This document shows, piece after piece, positions 58,082 to 64,000 of a DNA stretch of 64,000 nt; the first letter of the stretch is position 1, and every line of letters begins with the position of its first letter. Position numbers and translations under genes: made by a program. The stretch lies in the NCBI GenBank assembly GCA_043813075.1, contig JBDRLL010000041.1:1-64000 (forward strand). The letters run 5' to 3'. Below the pieces are notes generated by a model that did no database searches, was not told where the DNA came from, and saw only the letters and a list, made by a program, of their open reading frames with translations. Origin of the DNA: Candidatus Altiarchaeota archaeon (GTDB lineage Archaea; Altiarchaeota; Altiarchaeia; IMC4; SCGC-AAA252-I15).

Positions 58082-59994
58082 TCCTCAGACACCTCCTCTG
58101 CGCCAGCATCCCCCGGTTTTTTCCCGCGTTTAACCGGCTTCTTCACCGGTTTTTTGGTCTTCTTAGGCTTCTCACTCCCCTCAGGAACCTCCTCTTCACT
58201 GCTGTCATCAACTTCTGCAGGAGCGTTCTTCTTTTCCTCAGCCTTGTTCTTGGACTTGACTATCTCCTCGCTTGTGAACGAAGATTTTATCTTTGATAGT
58301 ATGGATTCCGCGACCCCGTCGAACTCATCGATATTAACGTACTTCATGCGTGATATCTCCTCCACGACAGGCATGCTTATTATGTCCTCAACCAACATGC
58401 CCTCGTCGACCGCATCCGACGCCGCATGATAGAATTCCATTAATGTCTTCAACATGGCATACTGCTTCTTCAGAGGGCAGAACGTGTCCACCTCATGGTA
58501 GGCGTCCTGCTGGAGGAAGTCCTCCCTTATCATCCTAGAAGCCTCGAGCACCATCCTCTCGTAGTCGGGTAGGGCGTCCGCACCCACCAACTGCACTATC
58601 TCCATGAGCTCCGACTCCCTCTGAAGCAGGTTGAACGACTCCCTCAGGAGCGAGACAACGTCCTCGCTAACATTCTTCCTGAACCAGTCCTCAAAAGACT
58701 TGGCGTAAAGCGAATACGACGTGAACCAGTTTATCGCAGGGAAATGCCTGCGGTCAGCGAGCTTAGCGTCCAAAGCCCAGAAAACCCTGACTATGCGGAG
58801 AGTGTTCTGGGTGACAGGCTCCGAGAAGTCCCCGCCCGGCGGCGAGACAGCGCCGATAATGCTTGCAGAACCAGTCAATCCGCTACCCGCGCACTCGACT
58901 TTCCCAGCCCGCTCATAGAAGCTCGCGAGCCTCGCCCCAAGGTATGCTGGAAACCCTTCCTCGCCAGGCATCTCCTCAAGCCTCGATGATATCTCACGCA
59001 TGGCCTCAGCCCACCGGGAAGTCGAGTCAGCCATCATCGCGGTGTTATAACCCATGTCACGATAGTACTCCGCTATGGTTATGCCGGTGTACACTGACGC
59101 TTCACGCGCAGCCACAGGCATGTTAGAGGTGTTTGCTATCAGCACCGTACGCTCGAACAACGGCCTGCCGGACTTGGGGTCTATGAGCTTCGGGAAGTCA
59201 TCCAACACTTCAGTCATCTCGTTGCCACGCTCGCCGCAGCCCACGTAAACGATTATGTCCGCGTCAGACCATCTGGCGAGCTGGTGCTGGACCACCGTCT
59301 TCCCTGCCCCGAAAGGACCTGGTATCGCGGCAGTACCCCCCTTAGCCATCGGGAAGAAGGAGTCGAGAATCCTCTCCCCAGTCACCAACGGCTCGTCAGG
59401 CTCCAGCCTCTCGGCCACAGGCCTCGGAGTCTTCACAGGCCACTTGTGCATCATCGACAGTTCAGTGCCGTCCTCGAGGACGCACACCGTATCATCCACA
59501 GTATGCTCGCCTCCGCGGACTTCCCGAACCTTCCCGGACACGTACGGGGGCACGAGTATCCTGTGCTCCACAGCCTCCGTCTCCTGGACTGCGCCAAGCA
59601 CGGAGCCGCCTGAAACCATGTCGCCCGCCTTCACTGTAGGCTTGAAATCCCACTTCTTCTTACGGTCCAAAGACTGCACCGTCAGCCCTCTCGCGATGAA
59701 GTCGCCGGACATCTCCTTGATCAATGACAGGGGACGCTGTATGCCGTCATAGATGGACTGTATGAGGCCTGGACCCAGCTCCAGTGATAGTGGGCTTCCA
59801 GTGCCCTCCACCGGCTCGCCAGGCTTCAATCCAGTAGTCTCCTCGTATACTTGTATCGAGGCGGTGTCGCCTATTATCTTGATTATCTCGCCGATAAGCT
59901 TCTCATCCCCAACGTACACCAGGTCATACATCTTGTCCCCCCTCATGCCGTCAGCCTCTATCAGCGGCCCTGCTATACGCGTTATCCTACCCAT
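58078..59994 (-). CDS. atpA: A/V-type ATPase subunit A with charged C-terminal extension
   Basis: GPFGAGKT P-loop, [19 protein letters not shown]; no intein. Confidence 0.98.
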   Translation of the reverse strand: MGRITRIAGPLIEADGMRGDKMYDLVYVGDEKLIGEIIKIIGDTASIQVYEETTGLKPGEPVEGTGSPLSLELGPGLIQSIYDGIQRPLSLIKEMSGDFIARGLTVQSLDRKKKWDFKPTVKAGDMVSGGSVLGAVQETEAVEHRILVPPYVSGKVREVRGGEHTVDDTVCVLEDGTELSMMHKWPVKTPRPVAERLEPDEPLVTGERILDSFFPMAKGGTAAIPGPFGAGKTVVQHQLARWSDADIIVYVGCGERGNEMTEVLDDFPKLIDPKSGRPLFERTVLIANTSNMPVAAREASVYTGITIAEYYRDMGYNTAMMADSTSRWAEAMREISSRLEEMPGEEGFPAYLGARLASFYERAGKVECAGSGLTGSASIIGAVSPPGGDFSEPVTQNTLRIVRVFWALDAKLADRRHFPAINWFTSYSLYAKSFEDWFRKNVSEDVVSLLRESFNLLQRESELMEIVQLVGADALPDYERMVLEASRMIREDFLQQDAYHEVDTFCPLKKQYAMLKTLMEFYHAASDAVDEGMLVEDIISMPVVEEISRMKYVNIDEFDGVAESILSKIKSSFTSEEIVKSKNKAEEKKNAPAEVDDSSEEEVPEGSEKPKKTKKPVKKPVKRGKKPGDAGAEEVSEE

Positions 59995-59995
59995 C

Positions 59996-60289
59996 TTAGC
60001 TCAACTCGAATCCTACAGTGTCCTTTATCAGGTCGCTTATCACAGTGTATTCGCCGGAATCCGGCGGCACTACCTGGACTATATTCTTTTTCCTCAGTTC
60101 ACCGAGCCTTCCCTCCATCATCTTACCGGCGTCTGAAGACAGGATGATCAACGACTCATCATCCCTTATCCTCTCGTACACTTCGTCCATATTCTCCTCT
60201 GTCAGGACGTACGTTGTCTTTATTCCAGCCAGCCGGAATCTGCGGACAGCATCCCTGCCCCCGATGAATACCACACTCTTCTCACTCAT
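59996..60289 (-). CDS. atpF: A/V-type ATPase subunit F
   Basis: IG..D.V..FRLAGI, C-terminal I...VGF; operon position. Confidence 0.92.
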   Translation of the reverse strand: MSEKSVVFIGGRDAVRRFRLAGIKTTYVLTEENMDEVYERIRDDESLIILSSDAGKMMEGRLGELRKKNIVQVVPPDSGEYTVISDLIKDTVGFELS

Positions 60290-61317
60290 TTTATTAACCG
60301 CCCCAGCTCGTCCGGGCTTAGGCCCAGATGCTTTCCAATGAGAATGGTCTTTAGTCTTGATGTTTCGTTATACTTGTCTTTAACGTATTTAAGTATGAAG
60401 TACTGGCTTAGCGGATTCATCATCGCGCGGTAGCCAAGCTCCCTGTCGACGAAGGAGTTCAGCTGCCGGAGGATGTAGTCCGGGTCGTCTATGTTCTTCA
60501 CGTAATCCTGGAGTATGCTGCCATATCTCGTCTCAGACAATGCCTTCACGGCGCCCACCACGTCGGACTGCACTAACTCGTCGAACCGCCGTCCATCAAG
60601 TACTGCCCGGACTCCTGAGGAATACTTCAACGGGTCGAAGCCGGACGACTTAGCCCTGAAAGCCAGGGCGACATCAATCGCCTCCACCCTGAGCCTGAGA
60701 TACCATTTGAGGGCGCCACCCACAACACCTATCTTCGACACCAGTATGTCCCGCTCGACCATAGACTTCAAGGAAGACAAGCTCTTATCATCCCCAAGGT
60801 ATTGAACGGCCCTTTTGATCACAACGGAATATTCGGGCATTATGCTGCACAAACCATCTATTGTAGGGGCCTTCGACGCTGCCTCAATCAGATTCCCGTC
60901 CATCAGTCCGAGGGGTGATAAAGAACTGATTATTTCAGATGACTGCATGCCGGATAGTATGCCACCCACTATCGTGGACACGTTCCTAGCATCCCATTCG
61001 CCAAGGAAAACTATGTTCAACTCAGCAGCCTCGCGGGCTGGGATCATTGAGGAGACCTCCTTAAGAACCCTCTTGAAGTGCTTCATCAACGCAGCCTCAA
61101 TGGATTCAGGGTTTACCCCATCGGACTTGATGCCCCCGACTTCACGGGCGTAGTCACTGTTCTCAAGAGTGGTTATTACCTCGAACGCACCCCTAGACTG
61201 GAGGAAGGACTCGTAGTCCCTCTGAGAGTACATCTTCGAGTACATTCCAGAAAGCCTACCCTGAGCATAGGAATACTTTGCGTTACCCAGACCCACTGTT
61301 ATTGCAGGAAAGTCCAC
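60286..61317 (-). CDS. atpC: A/V-type ATPase subunit C
   Basis: Y.Y...R...M.SK, WD..N..TI, E...LK.I..GK..GL; operon position. Confidence 0.9.
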   Translation of the reverse strand: MDFPAITVGLGNAKYSYAQGRLSGMYSKMYSQRDYESFLQSRGAFEVITTLENSDYAREVGGIKSDGVNPESIEAALMKHFKRVLKEVSSMIPAREAAELNIVFLGEWDARNVSTIVGGILSGMQSSEIISSLSPLGLMDGNLIEAASKAPTIDGLCSIMPEYSVVIKRAVQYLGDDKSLSSLKSMVERDILVSKIGVVGGALKWYLRLRVEAIDVALAFRAKSSGFDPLKYSSGVRAVLDGRRFDELVQSDVVGAVKALSETRYGSILQDYVKNIDDPDYILRQLNSFVDRELGYRAMMNPLSQYFILKYVKDKYNETSRLKTILIGKHLGLSPDELGRLIK

Positions 61318-61319
61318 TT

Positions 61320-61871
61320 CTACTCGAACAATATCCTAGTCACCTTAGGCATTAGTGAAGGCTTCAGACGCCCGATATGCTGCCCCAGCCTGCCGTCAAT
61401 CCTCGCGGAACCGTCCCTGGACTCTATTATGACCCCGAAGTCCCCGACATCAGACTCCCTCACCTCAAGCTTTGATTCAACGAGGCCCGCATACTTTCCG
61501 TCCACCAGTATGACCGGGTCTGGGCCGAGAAGCTCGTGCCCCTCAAGCATCTTACGGATTATCCCCCTCTTCTCATCTTCCGGGAGCTGTAGTATCCTCT
61601 CATGCAATCCCTGGAAGAACTCCCCCAGCAGCTGGTTTTTGAGTGAAGACACCCGCCTAGCGGAATCCATCCTCGCCCTGCCCACAACCTGCTTTTCCAC
61701 GGATGCGGCATCCTTCTCAGCCTGCCGGATTATCTTCTCAGACTCCCGTTCAGCCTCCTCCCGCACCTCAGAATCCAGTCTGGATATCTGAGACTCTGAC
61801 TCGGCCCGTATCCGGGATATCTCCTCTTCAGCCTCTTTCCGGATCTTATCCTTCAAGTCTTCTAAACCCAT
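61320..61871 (-). CDS. atpE: A/V-type ATPase subunit E
   Basis: MGLE start, coiled coil, G.I.ES.DG...ID, C-terminal LF; ATG at 61871. Confidence 0.9.
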   Translation of the reverse strand: MGLEDLKDKIRKEAEEEISRIRAESESQISRLDSEVREEAERESEKIIRQAEKDAASVEKQVVGRARMDSARRVSSLKNQLLGEFFQGLHERILQLPEDEKRGIIRKMLEGHELLGPDPVILVDGKYAGLVESKLEVRESDVGDFGVIIESRDGSARIDGRLGQHIGRLKPSLMPKVTRILFE

Positions 61872-61873
61872 CT

Positions 61874-62371
61874 TCAGAGTATTCCGCCAAAGTTCAGCAT
61901 CATGAAGGCGACAAGCAGCCCGAACAAAGCCGCAATCTCGGTCATGACTATGATTATTATCAGCTTGCCCATGATCTTCTCGTTCCTGGCTAACGCGCCT
62001 ATAGATGATGCCGCCAGCATGCCCTGGAATACTGCTGATATGCTGGTCAGACCGACTGCAAGACCTGCTGAAAGGCATATGAACCCCTGTTCAATGGTCA
62101 AATCGCCCCGCCGTATCCCAAGGACTATGAGTATCGCACCCAACGCGCCGTAAATCAACTGCGTCTGAGGCATCAAGTCCAATACCAGAAACTTTCCGAA
62201 AAGCTTCTCATTCTCCGTGGTTGCTCCGATAGCGCTCTGCCCGGAAATCTGAAGGGCGTATGCCGCGGCTATGCCAGAGATTCCAATCGCAAACATCGCA
62301 CCCAACGCCGCCAGGCCATTACCTGAAAATATCAGGGCGTGCAGTATGATGTTTGGTTCCGCTATAACCAT
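61874..62371 (-). CDS. atpK: A/V-type ATPase proteolipid subunit K/c, four-TM duplicated form
   Basis: Two hairpins; PQTQLIYG in the first, FQG and MTE in the second. Confidence 0.95.
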   Translation of the reverse strand: MVIAEPNIILHALIFSGNGLAALGAMFAIGISGIAAAYALQISGQSAIGATTENEKLFGKFLVLDLMPQTQLIYGALGAILIVLGIRRGDLTIEQGFICLSAGLAVGLTSISAVFQGMLAASSIGALARNEKIMGKLIIIIVMTEIAALFGLLVAFMMLNFGGIL

Positions 62372-62380
62372 TTAATCACC

Positions 62381-64000
62381 TCATGTTGTGTAAGTGTATA
62401 TCCTTTCATCTTTAAGTGGCTTGAACTCCTCCCCACCTCCAGTGTAGAATGCGTTGAAGAATTCAACATAATGAAGCCTTAAAGTATGCACGAAAGCGCC
62501 CATCGCGTTCATGAGTATGTTAGTTAAATGGCCTAGAATAAAAATGCATGAAGCCAGAACCACCCCGGCCACCGGTATCTGGTAGGCCATGTATGCTATG
62601 AGATTTATGGTGAACGCCATCACACCGGTCGTCAACAGCAGGGCCATTATCCTCGCGTAGGATAGCGTGTTCCCCAAAAAACCGGAAACCTGGAGGTAAA
62701 ACCCTATTGGACCCTCGTGGACGAACAGTGCGGCGAACCCCAGTGCGGCCGCGATTAATGCGGGAGTCGCATAGGACGGGCTTAGTGTGTGGGCTTCAGC
62801 AGGATACGCTGTCGCTGCTAGAGCTATGCCGGCCGCCATTATCAGGAACCATGACATGTACTTCAATACGGCGGTCCGGTAGTTTCCGTTGATCACGCTC
62901 TCGCAGAATCCGAGAGTGAATCCGGTGAAGATGTGTAGGATTCCTATCGCACATGTTATCGCCAGGACCAGTATCATGTTCTCCCCGAGCATGGGGTCGA
63001 ATAGTAGGGCTATGCTCTCTGATGTTGTGCCGAGGACGTATTCACTGTAGAAATTGCCGAAATAACTTCCAGTCAAGACTCCTCCGAATACTGTTGAAAA
63101 CCCCACCATAGCGGTTATTGTGGAAAAATCCTTCAGGGACTGCGAGTACTTCCCGTACATCCGGTAGAGGAGGAGGGAGGCAAACAGCATGAATATACCG
63201 TAGGGAACATCCCCCAGCATTATGCCGGAGAAGAGCATGAACGTGGGCGCGATGAATGGCGTGGGGTCGACCTCATTATACCTGGGTGAGGAGAACAGCC
63301 GGGTGAGTAGTTCGAATGAGCGGATTACCGGCGGATTATCTAGCAGCACCGGAGCGTCCTCAGGCTTCCAGTCCACTTCCACGGAATTCAAGCCCTGCGT
63401 GGACTCGTCTATGACGTCCAGTATCCGTTGGCAGTGCTTTCGAGGAGTCCACAGGCTGGCGTAAACCAGCTTTCCTGTTGAAGCCATGCTGGAGTAGACC
63501 TCGCAACGCTTCTTCTCTATCTCAAGAAGCTCCTTGTATACTATTAGCAGCTGGTAGTTCTCCTCATACAGCGCCCTCAGTCTCTTACGAGACTCCTCCA
63601 ACGCCTTCCTGAAAGACTCGACCTCGATGCTCATCATGTCGGAGAGGCGGCTCAGATAGCCTTCGCCGAGGACTTCCTTGACCGGCTCGAACCTGCACTG
63701 GGAGAGTATCTCGTTCAAATCGCCTTCATGATTCTCCAGCACGCAGAATGCCGCCGGCATCTTGTCGTCGGCTTCCCCATACGCAGACAAATACTCCTTC
63801 CCGAACGCATCCTGGAGACGCGACTCCAAACGCTCCCTGAAGTCAGATGGTATTGAACCCGCGGTGACGTAGAGGAATCGTGATGGGCCGGAATACTTCA
63901 TGTGGAAGTCGAAGTCACGGTATATCGAGTATTCAACAACCCTCGCATCCAGCTCCCCCACCATGGACTCCAACTGGGTTACGCTCTTAGAGTAGGAGTG
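62381..64000 (-). CDS. atpI: A/V-type ATPase subunit I/a, 5' end outside the window
   Basis: P.Y.EVDPT, GD..YG, LSYARIMAL, HTLRLHYVEFF. Confidence 0.95.
   Translation of the reverse strand, partial: HSYSKSVTQLESMVGELDARVVEYSIYRDFDFHMKYSGPSRFLYVTAGSIPSDFRERLESRLQDAFGKEYLSAYGEADDKMPAAFCVLENHEGDLNEILSQCRFEPVKEVLGEGYLSRLSDMMSIEVESFRKALEESRKRLRALYEENYQLLIVYKELLEIEKKRCEVYSSMASTGKLVYASLWTPRKHCQRILDVIDESTQGLNSVEVDWKPEDAPVLLDNPPVIRSFELLTRLFSSPRYNEVDPTPFIAPTFMLFSGIMLGDVPYGIFMLFASLLLYRMYGKYSQSLKDFSTITAMVGFSTVFGGVLTGSYFGNFYSEYVLGTTSESIALLFDPMLGENMILVLAITCAIGILHIFTGFTLGFCESVINGNYRTAVLKYMSWFLIMAAGIALAATAYPAEAHTLSPSYATPALIAAALGFAALFVHEGPIGFYLQVSGFLGNTLSYARIMALLLTTGVMAFTINLIAYMAYQIPVAGVVLASCIFILGHLTNILMNAMGAFVHTLRLHYVEFFNAFYTGGGEEFKPLKDERIYTYTT

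Noticed and set aside
61872-62078. N-terminal extension of atpE in the ORF track
   Set aside because: It overlaps atpK in another frame; the typical MGLE start is at 61871.

Overview
Gene-dense archaeal chromosomal segment of roughly 50% GC. Archaeal markers include TATA-type and often leaderless promoters, GGAGG/GGTGA Shine-Dalgarno (SD) sites, Nop5, 7S SRP RNA, Sec61-beta, an archaeal-type ProRS, FtsZ and an A/V-type ATPase operon cut by the right edge. The gene content and the many Cys-rich, Thr-linker secreted proteins resemble Altiarchaeota/DPANN-type genomes (inference). The window holds a dispersed glycogen toolkit (GT3 synthase, phosphorylase, debranching enzyme, GH57, GT4) and a run of protein-modification genes (Pat-type ACD-GNAT, HDAC, YkwB-like GNAT, dual-specificity phosphatase, PEBP). 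It also has several small ORFs below the 60-aa track cutoff. Best leads: (1) an unannotated 37-aa RiPP-precursor-like peptide coupled to a 92-aa orphan; (2) a secreted two-gene unit with a C39-like protease, an amphipathic helical region and binding repeats; (3) a GC hairpin that displays the anti-SD/SD sequence in its loop, downstream of a tiny RHH gene; (4) a 6-Cys module reused in two proteins; (5) tandem surface-protein paralogs sharing an FDxxxGSxLGG tail, one of them frameshifted. I saw no CRISPR array, tRNA, rRNA or transposase. All family calls come from motif recognition by eye, with no database search.
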